Part shown: piece after piece, positions 12,116 through 24,998 of the stretch
Numbering within the stretch: the stretch's first letter is position 1
Layout: every line of letters begins with the position of its first letter
Source: Malacoraja senta
Lineage: Eukaryota
Direction of reading: 5' to 3'
Assembly: GCA_038087875.1 (NCBI GenBank)
Contig: CM075996.1
Coordinates: 5,334,001 to 5,398,000, forward strand
Length of the DNA stretch: 64,000 bases
Made by a program: the position numbers and the translations under genes
The notes under the pieces: generated by a model
What the model was told of the DNA's origin: nothing
What the model saw: only the letters and a program-made list of their open reading frames with translations
The model's database searches: none

Positions 12116-15100
12116 TTTTCAGGACCACACACTCTTAATTTGACCTCATTTGGTTGTTCATTATTACACCAATATTTTCTGGATGAAATATTAAGATTTT
12201 GAACTACAAGCTTGATCTATTCTACTGTTTATTGCTGGTCATTGTTTTTATTGTTGCATATATCATCACTGTACGTGTACTGCTCACTGAGTTAGATAAA
12301 CCAGGAAATGAATTGTACCCTGGTGTATATGACAAACTAACCCAAATCACAATCCAAGTCCTAAACATGCAAATATACATGAAACTTCTACCAGTAAGAT
12401 CTGAAAAACAATTAGCAGGAATTGATCCAACATTATCACTCCCCAATCATCCAGAGTTCCAATCACGATTAATTCCTGGTTCAATCCAGTCCAGAAACTT
12501 CATTCTTTTACTCTACTTCCTTACACTTGTGACTGTGACACCAACTCGATCTTTGTTTATCAATGATATCACTGTTATCAGCCAGATCAACCATAACAAT
12601 GAGATGAAGAACAGACAAGAGATCAAGAACCTTGCATCATGATGTCAGGACAACCATCAAGCCCATAAGGTCAGTAATGCCTTGGGACAAGATTATATCG
12701 GGTGGCATTGCCTGGGAATCTAGTCAGGACTATAATATTAATTGAAACATTAAACAAGCAAATAATTTGTCAGGGCCGGAAGTCCTCTAGTTGATGGGCT
12801 GCTTACCCTGAATGCCTTGCCCCCGAATTAAACAAACACAGGACAAAGTATTGGAAGATGCCAGCAAAGAGAGGAATGCTAAAAGAAAAGTTTTCAAAAA
12901 TTCATGTATTAATTATCAATGTTTTCTATTCATCCCTCCTGTTTAACAAAACAGTCGAAACTACCAACAGGGAAGATGACGACTTCGGCTCAACCTGAGC
13001 GCGCATGTCAGTACATAAATAAAATGTTTTTGTTGATTTTAAAAAAAAAACTCTAATCCAGGTAGATCAGGATTTTGTTTTGTGAAGTCAAGAACTTTAG
13101 AAATCAAACAAAATGTACAGGTTTATGTCTCCAATAATTTCCAAATATACACATTTGAGTTGGTCAGAAACAATCTGTCAGTGTATGCATCCTGCAATCA
13201 GTTAAATGTTACATTGACATGCTATGAAGAAAAATTAAAGTGAAGGATCTCCTCAAGGACCGTATTTACTCGGGTAATATTACCCGAGATAAGTCCACAT
13301 TGAAAATTGAACAATTAGAATATTTTCATGGGCATATTTGCCAACGCCATATTCCTATTTAAAAAGAATCTTAGATACAAGTTTGGCTATGAAAAATGCA
13401 TACCCATTAAGCACCAGGTCATTAATAATCTTGTTGCTATTGAATAGCCACTGCAGCGTTGACAATACACCATTTTGTATCAATGGCAGGGATGATCGCG
13501 ACAGTAAAATGCTGATTATTCATCGAACACACAATATTGTGATGCGAAAAGCAAATACACTCACAAAATATAACTGCTCACCTAAAAAATATGATGCCCG
13601 GCAGGAAGCAATTATAGGGTTTGGGTTGTTTATATGTGGAATGGTTACCTGCAGGAATTAGAGGCCATAATCTGACTAAGGGATTTCGCTACATATCACA
13701 AGAGCACTGCTAGGTCAGTTTATACCCATTGTTCAAGCACTACAATTACTGAGTTATCAGCTTACAAAGTGCAATTACAATTTCAGTGGTCTGTTTTATT
13801 CTACATCAAGACCTTTCTGTGCCAGCTAGCATCTGAATACACACCGGCTGCCAGAGTTCTGGCTGTGACGCCAGTCACGAGAGGATTAACAATGTCATTA
13901 ATGAAGGTTCTACCAGAAAAATATAGCGTCAGGAAGTTAAAGAGTGTTTTGTATTGTAACAGCATTAAACAGTACCACGATCCCCGGTTTAGAGCAGAGG
14001 TGGCCAATCTCAATGCAAGCACTACAATTAGCTTCAGCGATGATACACAGATACACAGGGTTCTGACCAATACTGCCAACTGGTCAGTTATATGGGGACA
14101 TGGATTTAAGGCTGTTGACAAGGTCAGAGGCGAGAAGGAAATTGAAGGGGAAAAAATTGTATGGAAAATGCCAGCGTTCCTCCCCTCCCCACATACTTCA
14201 CAATGGGAAAAGGCCAGAGTTTGGGAAGAAAGATTTTCTCTTCCAAATGCCAACTGTGAATGGTCTCCTTCAATGCTGTAAGGTTTAGTTCATGGTTACA
14301 AGAGGGAACAATACATCTATTACATCTCAGTTTCGACCCGCAACGTCACCCTTTTACTTTTCTCCAGAGATGCGGCCTGACCTGCTGAGTTACCCCAGCA
14401 TTTTGTGTCTATCTTCGGTGTAAACCAGCATCTACAGTTCGTTCTTCCGCATCTAATTGCACTCCAGTGACTTTTAAGTTAGTGTTCTGTTGTGGGGTTC
14501 GTAGATGAAAAACAATCAAGCTTGTCTGTAATGTTCTCCAACTGAATACACTGGCGTTTGACAACACAATCCATGTATGCTCTTATCCCCGAGAGGAAAC
14601 AGCTCCGCGGGAACCAACATTCTCAATTGGGTTTTTAAATGCTTATGAATTTCATTCTTACCAGTTATCAATTATTGTTCAAATCAGATTCATCGCACAC
14701 CACAGCAAATTTCCTGGTTTCATTCCTTACCAATTGCCACCACCTCAGTTCAATTTTCATCCCTCAAAATAAAAATTGCCTCTTGCCTCACTTTAAGCCA
14801 AAGGTGTGAAAAATTATATATAGATGAGCACCAACAAAGTCTGGGTACATTTTCAGCATACGATGCAAAAACAGCCTTATGTAAATGTAGCCAGTTTCAC
14901 GAGCAAACTCTTGCTGTAGTACTTTACTTGTTCGACATATTGTTTTAATTACACAATTACACCTGCTGAGTAAAGTATACGCTGCAAGAATCATCACCAC
15001 CTAGAATTTACTTCCAATTGTGTTCCACTTACACACATTGTTAAGCACAAAGCACCTACAAAATGAGCAGTAACAACTGTTTTTCCAGAGTCTTTTTGCT

Positions 15101-15708
15101 GTCATACCTGCCGTTTTCCCTTCACCATTAACAGACTATCCAAACACGACCTAGGTCATCAACGAGAAAGGTCCAAGAGTGCTTCCTCAAACCACATTAC
15201 TTCACTTCAGCTACAGGAGTAGATTAGACAGCATGCATGACCTATGCCTAAAATAGAGCACTTGACAGAGATATAGAGGTCAAGAGAGTAGTGTGGAATG
15301 CCGTCCGGCTGGATCATAGAAGAGCAGTCATTCCTCTTGAGGTTTCAGCAATGGTGCCAATAAGATACCCACATTAAGATGTAACCTGTACAGGCAAACA
15401 ACCCGCACGTCCATGAGCAAGATTTAAAAAAAACCTTGCTTCAGATGTCTGCAAAGAGTTTCCTACTTCAAGAGTCCAAAGCTTGATCCACAAATACAAG
15501 ATAGTCACCAGTAAATCAGGTCAGGCACGCACGAGAAACTACTTTACTCAGAGCAGTTAAAATGCAGAACCCGTGACCACATGGGGACTTAACAGATACT
15601 TGTAAGATGAAGCCAAAGTAGTCCTTAAGAAATAGAATAGTGGGACGATGCTGGGTGGAGTACTAGCAACAGGCGAGCCACATAATTGGCAGCAGTGCTA
15701 CAGACTTT

Positions 15709-16770
15709 ACATAGAAACATAGAAAATAAGTGCAGGAGTAGGCCATTCGGCCCTTCGAGCCTGCACCGCCATTCAATATGATCATCCAACTCAGTATCCT
15801 GTACCTGCCTTCTCTCCATATCCCCTGATCAGTTTAGCCACAAGGGCCACATCTAACTCCCTCTTAAATATAGCCAATGAACTGGCCTCAACTACTTTCT
15901 GTGACAGAGAATTCCACAGATGCACCACTCTCCGTGTGAATTTTTTTTTCTCATCTCGGTCCTAATAGACTTCCCCCTTATCCTTAAACTGTGACCCCTT
16001 GTTCTGGACTTCTCCAACATCGGGAACAATCTTCCTGCATCTAGCCTGTCCAACCCCTTAAGAATTTTGTAAGTTTCTATAAGATCCCCCCTCAATCTTC
16101 TAAATTCTAGCGAGTACAAGCCGACTCTATCCAGTCTTTCTTCATATGAAAGTCCTGACATCCCAGGAATCAGTCTGGGGAACCTTCTCTGTACTCCCTC
16201 TATGGCAAGAATGTCTTTCCTCAGATTAGAAGACCAAAACTGTATGCAATACTCCAGGTGTGGTCTCACCAAGGCCCGGTACAACTGCAGTAGAACCTCC
16301 CTGCTCCTATACTCAAATCCTTTTTCTATGAATGCTAACATACCATTTGCTTTCTTCACTGCCTGCTGCACCTGCATGCCAACTTTCAATGACTGGTGTA
16401 CCATGACACCCAGGTCTCGTTGCAACTCCCCTTTTCCTAATCGGCCACCATTCAGATAATAGTCTACTTTCCTGTTCTTGCCACCAAAGTGGATAACCTC
16501 ACATTTATCCACATTATACTGCATCTGCCATGCATTTGCCCACTCACCTAGCCTATCCAAGTCACCTTGCAGCCTCCTAGCATCCTCCTCACAGCTAACA
16601 CTGCCCCCCAGCTTCGTGTCATCCGCAAACTTGGAGATGTTGCATTCAATTCCCTCGTCCAAATCATTACTATATATTGTAAATAGCTGGGGTCCCAGCA
16701 CTGAGCCTTGCGGTACCCCACTAGTCATTCTGAAAAGGACCCGTTTACTCCTACTCTTTGCTTCCTGTAA
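15709..16770 (-). mobile_element. 5'-truncated CR1-type LINE with near-intact RT C-terminal half
   Basis: ORF 15892-16839 contains SGVPQGSVLGP, FADDTKL, RDLGV, LVRPHLEYC and RRLRGDLIETYKI; 3'UTR with (TTTCTATG)n tail. Confidence 0.92.
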
Positions 16771-17351
16771 CCTGTGGAGAGTGGGAAAAGCTATGGAGAG
16801 TGGGAAAAGCAGTTTGTAAACCTGTACATCGACTTTCATCTAACATATGAAGCACGAGGAACTTGATGGATCCAAGGAAATGAAAATCTCCAAAAATCAA
16901 TTTCGTAGAACTGGGAAATCATCTCTGAAAATGTCAAGACTGCAGTATGAATAGGAGCAAAGGCAATACCCCGTGCAATGCTACACTAGAGACCAGACAG
17001 TTGGCAGGACTGATCTCGGTCTTTGTTCAGAGTTGATCTCATCTGTGATAATAGTGGGGACACTATTGTTGGCCCGGCTGGGGAGAAAGTTCTGTCCCCG
17101 ATAAGCTTCGAGCACTTTCTGCTGAAAAGGACAATAGATAAGGGCAGGATCAGTTTCTACTGCAATGCCCTTTATCAGTTTACCAACACTTACTGCCTAG
17201 CCACCCGAGTTAAAGTGGCACTTGTCATAAATATTTCTGCTTAAAAAATACCATTGGGTAAGGGAAGCAGCTTGGAATGAAAGTGCACTTCGCTTTCATA
17301 CACTGAGAAATTAAGGCTCCAAGCAGAACTGCACGACCAAATGTTAAGATG

Positions 17352-17661
17352 GTTTAGTTTAGAGATACAGCACGGAAACAGGCCCTGTGGCCCACCTAGT
17401 CCATGCTCACCAGCGATCATCCCGTACACTAGCACAATCCAACAAACTAGGGTCAATTTACATTTTTACTGAAATTAATCAACCTACAGACCTGTACGTC
17501 CTTGGACAGTGGAAGGAAACGCGAGCATCCAGAGAAAATAAAGCCAGGCGGTTACAGGGAGAACGCACAGCTCTGTACAGACAGCGCCCGTAGTCAGGAT
17601 CAAACCCAGGTTTCTGGCGCTGTAAAGCAGCAACTCTACTGCTGCGCCACTGTGCCGCCCT
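17352..17661 (-). mobile_element. tRNA-derived V-domain SINE
   Basis: Reverse complement of the SINE head, V-domain and tail seen at 637-942. Confidence 0.8.
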
Positions 17662-19879
17662 TATTCAGCATTCCATCCTTGGCTTGAATTCACTCCAATT
17701 GTCACTGGAGAGAGGGAGGGCCGATTTCCTGCAGCTCAGATTAGATCACTCCAGGAACAATCTCAGCCCAGCTCTAAATGGGTAAAAATTGCCAATCTCA
17801 AAGAGGGTCTACCTTGAACTCTTGTGAACAGAATGAAATAGGCTGCTTTTATTTAATTGAGGCACATCACGATGCGTCGCTCTGCATCATGTCACAATGA
17901 ACTGGACCTTTAACTCAAATCAAAAGAGAGCAAAACATTTCTCTTGCCCCAAGATTCCAATGTTGGCATTTCTTTTGTTCAAAGCAGATTATATCAGCAG
18001 TGGAAGAATGAACAATACACCAAGTTTCAATCCACTGGTCACAAGGAGGCCTTAAACATGCTAGCATGAAGGACAATGCCCTAACTCATGTCTCTCTGTC
18101 CCACTCAAAATTCTTCACCCACCACAATCGACATATGGAAAGGACATTGGGAAAGAGAACCAAAATGCCATCAGAATGCTTAAGTCCATTGCATCTGTGT
18201 TGTCTCTTTGCAAGAGATCAAATATTTCCCTATTATTTCCCATTGCCCTGCCATTATTTTTTCCCTTTATATTTATTTGAAATGGGTGCGACTGATTCTG
18301 AATTTGGTAAAGGGAGGTTTGTAATATGACCACCTCCAACTCACTATTCTTCACCCACCTCCTTTCAGGGGTGTATTTCAGATTTCTGCATTTAATGGCT
18401 CCACCTTCTTTCTAATATTGGTTACCCTGGTAATTAAACCTTCTGCCAGTGGAAACCATTTCTTCTCAGTCAGAATTTCAAAATTTGGAGGAAATCAATG
18501 GGCCACATAGTATCTGAAGCCTGAAGTGCCCTGACCCAAAACGTAATTTATCTATTTCCCCACAGATGCTGCCAGACCCATTGCTCCAGCCTTTTATTTT
18601 TCACTCAAGATTCCAATATTTCCAGTTTGTGTCAGCAAATTTAAGTTATAATCCTTTTAGCCAAATTCGTTGAAAAAGATGCCTGTTCACACAATTGAAA
18701 TATGTATGTATAAATCATTATCCTGGTGTTAAGCTATTACTCAAGCCCTCGTAAACCATGCTCATAAATACCCTCCGCAACCTCCATGGTCTTTCTAAAA
18801 TAGTTCATAATCCTCCAATCACTCATTTATGAACTACCAGCATCATTTCTGTAGCTTGGCAATTAATGTATTTTTAAAAAGTCAACAATGCTGTTTGATC
18901 TTTGGGGGAATAAAACGGCCCTGTTGTACGACAGTATGTGGACATGAATCACCAGATCCCCACTCCTGCTTGTCCTTCAATTTATATTGTTAATCTCCTC
19001 TATTTTTCTACCAAAATGTACAGCTTCACACTTCACATCAAATGTCACCCGGCATGTTGCTGCACATCTCAACAATTTATTGAAACAATGAGGCACTTTA
19101 GGATGGCTTAATTAATAGTCGGCAAAAAAAACTTCCACATTCAAAATTCATCTTGTGATCCAATGAAGAGATCAGTTTCTCACAACAGTGCAAGAAAACA
19201 TGCAATGGTAGGAAAGAACAATTTGAACTGAGCATAGACAACTATCCCAAGGCATTAACACCAGAGCACATTAAAAGGTACCAGGCGAGATGACCAAAGT
19301 CTCTGGTGAAAGAGGCAAGATTGGAGAGAGAAAAAAGTGTAAGGTAAAGGTTTTGAAACTCTGGATGTTCAGGTTTTGGTACAAATGAAATGGCAGTGAC
19401 AATTTTTTTCCTCCAAAATAGCTGCAGAAATAAAGAGCAATGCAGCACCGAATGCAAAAGCCTGAAGATGTGCTGGTTTCTGCTCGGATTTCTGAAATCC
19501 GAAACGGCAGGGTTTATTCCTAGCACAAAATTTACAACCATCTGCAGTTTGATGACGATTTCTCTTGCAGGTAAACTTGGAACAGATTCACCTAGAATAA
19601 TAATTGCTCATTTATTTCACCCCCCCTCGAAAGAAAATATAAGCACCCACAAAGCAACCGCATAGATAGTAGGGTAATGCAGACATTCGATGCAAATGAC
19701 AACCAGCGTTGTTGACCCAATTTTTCTAGCACTTTTTTTTTGGAAAACATAAACATTCCGGAATCCAGCTGTGCTGAGCGTCACTTTGAAATACAAAATA
19801 GCCTGGCAAGCCAAATAAAGGAGCCCTACAGGCTTGGGACAACACTGCAAGGTTGCTGGCGGAGTCGCGCTGCAACATC

Positions 19880-20012
19880 GGATCTGTAGTTCCTGCCACT
19901 GCGCTGACGCTGGAACCACCGGCACGTCGGACTACAGTTCCCAGAGTGCACCAGGCGCTGCGAACATGCGCACTGAGGGGCTGGAAAGCCCGCAGCGCAG
20001 GCGCAGTCGCGC
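19880..20012. promoter_or_regulatory. Promoter-like CpG module with ZNF143/THAP11-type and NRF1 motifs
   Basis: ACTACAGTTCCCAGAGTGCAC at 19931-19951; inverted GGAACTACA at about 19885-19893; ACATGCGCA at 19964-19972 and GCGCAGGCGCA at 19995-20005. Confidence 0.7.
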
Positions 20013-21008
20013 TCCCTCCTCCCTCTCTTGCTCAATATTAAATGTCCCTGAGCCCATCCCCCTCTTTAAAAAAAAACCAAATTCCATTAAAACCAAACCG
20101 GGCTGAAGGGGGGTAAATAAAAATCTTGAAGCGTCTCTTACTTGAGAACATTTATTCTTACTTTTACCAACCCAGAGGTTATTACTGTAATAAAAATGGT
20201 ACAATCACTAAAAGAGGGAAAAATGGCTCAACTTAAGAGGTTCCAGCCCAAGGACTTTAACCTTCCACAAATCCCTAAACCTGATCTTCATCCAGGACGG
20301 GCAGTGCATCGTATTAGGAGGGAAAAAAAGTCCACGCAGTTAGATGAGATATGTTAAACCATCACCACTGCTCCCTTTATTTTGATAAATAAAACACGCG
20401 AGGTCCCCGAGAGATGAGCTTTTTTTATCCATGATCTGTAAAAGAAAATCGACATCTCGACTTGGCAGTGAAATTAGTGAGTGAACGTGTCAACAACCGA
20501 CTGTCTGCAGGCTTTAAAAGAAGAAGAAAAAAAAGTACAATATGTTATTTCATGAACACCCTCACAGAAATCGGTAAAAACATACCGATTTAATATTAAA
20601 AAATCATCAATAGACACAAACGTACCTCAGAAATCCGGATCTATGAGCTTATTATGTAAATCTATGGATGGAAAATGGAGTTCACGATGAAGCAGAGGGG
20701 GGGGATAAACTACAATTTTGGATCGAAATATCCCCTCAGGTTATCAATAACAGAAAAAATATATACAAGGCCTGTTGTTGTTTTTTTAAAACATGGACAC
20801 ATTAAACAATATATTTAAGCTGGCGGAGTTGCAAAGTGACAATAGGGGGGGAGGGGGTTTAAAGGGGGGGGGTGTTAATGGAGGGGAGAGGGGGAATTGA
20901 ACCCTGTTTTGGCTGCATCGGGGATTATGATAATATAGAGATAACATTAATAATATGGAGATGTCGGGTTGGAATTGGTTGATGTATTGAAGTGGAGAAA
21001 AGGCTTAC

Positions 21009-21450
21009 TTGTGGTGCTGGGAGCGGGCTGGGCTGGGCTGGGCTGGGCTGGCCTTGGGTCGGTCCGGGTAGAGGTCCGGGTCCGCCGCCTCCGCCTCCGC
21101 CGCCGCCTCTCCTCCCGAGCTGCCGCTGCCCCAAACTTTAGCCCCGGCTCCCCCGCGCACTTATATCAGCTCAGCACCACCCTCTGGTAACCAGCCCCCG
21201 ATCGGAACTACTTCCACCAAAAGAAAAAGAAAAAAAAACACCACCCTCACACTAACCCTTCCGCCTTCAGGTCCCCGGCCCCGTCTCCTTCAATCGAAAG
21301 CATCGCCTCATTTCACTTTTCCCATTTGTTTTTTGATATTTTTTTGTCAGAAAGGCGAGTGTGTGCCTCCCGCGCTATTTGTTGTCTCTCCCCCCCCCCC
21401 CCCCCCGGCCGCCCGGTCGGAAGGAGGCGCACGCACGACGCCGAGAGCGC
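21009..21450 (-). other. Probable non-coding first exon (5'UTR) of a minus-strand gene, likely TOB2 by synteny with PHF5A
   Basis: GC-rich CpG island with (GGC)n and (AGCCC)n tracts; minus-strand donor CAA|GTAAGC with intron starting at 21008; promoter motifs immediately upstream; no CDS recognised in 1-21000, so the CDS would lie left of the window; TSS approximate. Confidence 0.5.
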
Positions 21451-21469
21451 GAGGCGGCCGCCGTCACCT

Positions 21470-21570
21470 CGATGCTAAAAATAAAGCGGCGTGCTAGCAA
21501 CTCGGCTCTGATTGGCCCGCCGCGCCGGCCAATGGCTCGACGCGTCCGTGACGTCACACGCTCACGTCAG
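21470..21570 (-). promoter_or_regulatory. Proximal promoter: MEF2/TATA-like box, two CCAAT boxes, full and variant CRE
   Basis: CTAAAAATAA 21475-21484; ATTGG 21511-21515 and CCAAT 21529-21533; TGACGTCA 21549-21556; TCACGTCA 21562-21569. Confidence 0.75.
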
Positions 21571-22034
21571 CACAGAGAGCCTTGCATTTATATATCACCT
21601 TCCACGTCCCTGGGACACTCCAGATTCAGCTTGCAGCCCTGGTGGTATGAATTTGGACCCAGTCTGAAGCGGGGTCTCGACCCGAAACATCACCCACTCC
21701 TTCTCTCCGGAGATGCCGCCTGTCCCGCTGAGTTAATCCAGCATTTTGTGTCTATGGCATGAATATTGATTTCTCTAACTTTGAGTAACCCTTGCATTCC
21801 CATCTCTCTCCGTCCCTCTCCCAACCTAGTCGTCGTACTAGTTTCACGAAGGGTCTCCACCCGAAACGTCACCTATTCCTTCTCCCCAGAGATGCTGCCT
21901 GACCTCCTGAGTTACTCCAGCTTTTTGTATCTATCTTTGGTGTAAACCAGCATCTCCACTTTCTTCCTCCACATAATAACACACTGGGGCAGAAGTAGGT
22001 AATTTGGCCATTCAGGCCTACTCTGTAACATTTC

Positions 22035-22600
22035 ATCATGTGCCCCAAAACCCTCACCAACTTCTACAGATGCACAGTAGAAAGCATTTGATTGGGAAGC
22101 ATCACAGCACGGTTTGGGTACAGCTCCATCCAAGACCACAAGAAATGGCAGAGAGTTGTGGACGTAGCCCAGACCATCGTGCAAACCAACCTCCCTTCCA
22201 TTGACCCCCATCTACACCTCACGCTGCCCCGGCAAGGCCAGCAGCATTATCAAGGACCAGTCTCACCACGGTCACTCGCTCTTCTCCCCTCTCCCTGCAG
22301 GCAAGAGGTACAGTAGTGTGAAAAAGCACACCTCCAGATTCAGGAACAGTTTCTTCCCAGCTGTTATCAGGCAACTGAACCGTCCTCTCACCAGCTAGAG
22401 TGTGATCCTGACCTCCCATCTACCTCATTGGAGACCTTCAAACTATATTTAGCCAGACTTTATTGGACTTTATTTTGCACTAAACATTATATTCCTTATC
22501 CTGTATCTGTACACTGTGGACGGCTTGATTGTAGTCTTGTATACACTTTTCTTTGACATCAAAATTGCTTTTCACTGTACCTCACTACATGTGATAACAA
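22035..22600 (+). mobile_element. Rex1/Babar-type LINE 3' fragment
   Basis: GSITARFG...QRVVDVAQTI...IIKDQSHHGHSLFSPLPAGKRY...RFRNSFFPAVIRQLN plus 3'UTR. Confidence 0.8.
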
Positions 22601-24998
22601 TAAACTAAACAATAAACAATAATAAGACATAGGAGCAGAGTTAGGCCATTTGGCCCATTCCGTCTGCTCCACCGTTCAATCATGGGTGATCTATCTTTCC
22701 CTCTCAACCCTATTCTCATTCCCCATTTCACAGGAACAGGCTGACCTTTTATCCCAAACACCATTGCAGTAGCCATTTAGCTTAACTCAGTATGTGATAA
22801 CTATGACCAGTTACTTTTACATTTTATCTGCCTGTAATTATATGGGTGGGATTTATTACGTAGTCGGAGGCGTGTTTGTGGCCGGGATTCTCGCGCAGAC
22901 GCGCTAGTAGTCTTCAATCAGAGGAAAGATTCCTTGAACAATATAATAATCTGCCACTCCAACAATTTTCATTTTGTGATTCCTTTAATATCCAGAAAGC
23001 TGTCAAACTCAGGTCAGAATAAAATCAATGATTGAGCCTCGAACTCAGTTTTGAATAAAATCAATTATTCTGTTGAGCCTCCGCAACTCTCCAAAGTAGA
23101 GCATTTAAATGATTCTCCAGCCTCCAAGTGAAGAGCTTTCTCCACATTGCGGTCCTAAATGGTCCGTCCACCACTTAAATGGGCTGCACGGTGGCGCAGC
23201 AGCAGAGTCGCTGCCTTCCAGCGAAGGCAGCGCCGGAGACCCGGGTTCGATCCCGACTACGGGTGCTGTCTGTACGGAGTTTGTACGTTCTCCCCGTGAC
23301 CTGCATGGGTTTTCTCCGAGATCTTCGGTTTCCTCCCACACTCCAAAGACGTACAGGTATGTAGGTTAATTGGTGTAAAATGTAAAAATTGTACCTCGTG
23401 GGTGTAGGATGGTGTTAATGTGAAGGGATCGCTGGTCGTTGTGCGGATTTGGTGGGCCACGCTGTATCTCTAGAGATTAGACACAAAAAGATGCTAGGAT
23501 CATATGAGAATTTGTCTGTAAAGAACCTACATGTGCCCTCACCAGTTCTTTTTCTTCCATTGTACGTAGAACTCATGATGCAGCTTTACAGGACTTTGGT
23601 TGGGTCACATTTGGAGTATTGCATGCAGTTATGGTCGCCCCAATACAGGAAGGATGTGGAGGCTTTGGAAAGGGTGCAGAGGTGGTTTACCGGAATGTGG
23701 CCTGGATATGGGGATATTAGCTACAGGGAGAGGTTGGACAGACTTGGATTGCTTTCTCTGTGGACGGCTTGATTGTAGTCTTGTATAGACTTTTCTTTGA
23801 CATCAAAATTGCTTTTCACTGTACCTCACTACACGTGATAATAATAAACTAAACTAAAATAATAAGACATAGGAGCAGAGTTAGGCCATTTGGCCCATTC
23901 CGTCTGCTCCACTGTTCAATCATGGGTGATCTATCTTTCCCTCTCAACCCTATTCTCATTCCCCATTTCACAGGAACAGGCTGACCTTTTATCCCAAACA
24001 CCATTGCAGTAGCCATTTAGCTTAACTCAGTATGTGATAACTATGACCAGTTACTTTTACATTTTATCTGCCTGTAATTATATGGGTGGGATTTATTACG
24101 TAGTCGGAGGCGTGTTTGTGGCCGGGATTCTCGCGCAGACGCGCTAGTAGTCTTCAATCAGAGGAAAGATTCCTTGAACGATATAATAATCTGCCACTAC
24201 AACAATTTTCATTTTGTGATTCCTTTAATATCCAGAAAGCTGTCAAACTCAGGTCAGAATAAAATCAATGATTGAGCCTCGAACTCAGTTTTGAATAAAA
24301 TCAATTATTCTGTTGAGCCTCCGCAACTCTCCAAAGTAGAGCATTTAAATGATTCTCCAGCCTCCAAGTGAAGAGCTTTCTCCACATTGCGGTCCTAAAT
24401 GGTCCGTCCACCACTTAAATGGGCTGCACGGTGGCGCAGCAGCAGAGTCGCTGCCTTCCAGCGAATGCAGCGCCGGAGACCTGGGTTCGATCCCGATTAC
24501 GGGTGCTGTCTGTACGGAGTTTGTACGTTCTCCCCGTGACCTGCGTGGGTTTTCTCCGAGATCTTCGGTTTCCTCCCACACTCCAAAGACGTACAGGTAT
24601 GTAGGTTAATTGGTGTAAAATGTAAAAATTGTACCTCATGGGTGTAGGATGGAGTTAATGTGAAGGGATCGCTGGTCGGTGCGGATTTGGTGGGCCACGC
24701 TGTATCTCTAGAGATTAGACACAAAAAGATGCTAGGATCATATGAGAATTTGTCTGTAAAGAACCTACATGTGCCCTCGCCAGTTTTTTTTCTTCCATTG
24801 TACGTAGAACTCATGATGCAGCATTACAGGACTTTGGTTGGGTCACATTTGGAGTATTGCATGCAGTTATGGTCGCCCCAATACAGGAAGGATGTGGAGG
24901 CTTTGGAAAGGGTGCAGAGGTGGTTTACCGGAATGTGGCCTGGATATGGGGATATTAGCTACAGGGAGAGGTTGGACAGACTTGGATTGCTTTCTCTG
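22514..24998. repeat. Near-identical tandem duplication, unit about 1.24 kb (22514-23760 and 23758-24998)
   Basis: Offset 1244 to 1238 bp; only scattered substitutions and small indels; junction joins a CR1 body to a Rex1 3'UTR at a shared CTG; each unit holds a V-SINE (about 23181-23472 and 24421-24710). Confidence 0.95.

Noticed and set aside
13769..14281. Overlapping 170-aa plus and 150-aa minus ORFs
   Set aside because: No recognisable domain or convincing splice signals, and the plus ORF starts at a non-ATG codon; treated as chance ORFs in unique intronic DNA.
21581..21625. TTTATATA as the TATA box of a plus-strand transcript
   Set aside because: Context CTTGCATTTATATATCACCTTCCACG matches the reversed L2/Deu-SINE tail also seen at about 25495-25610.
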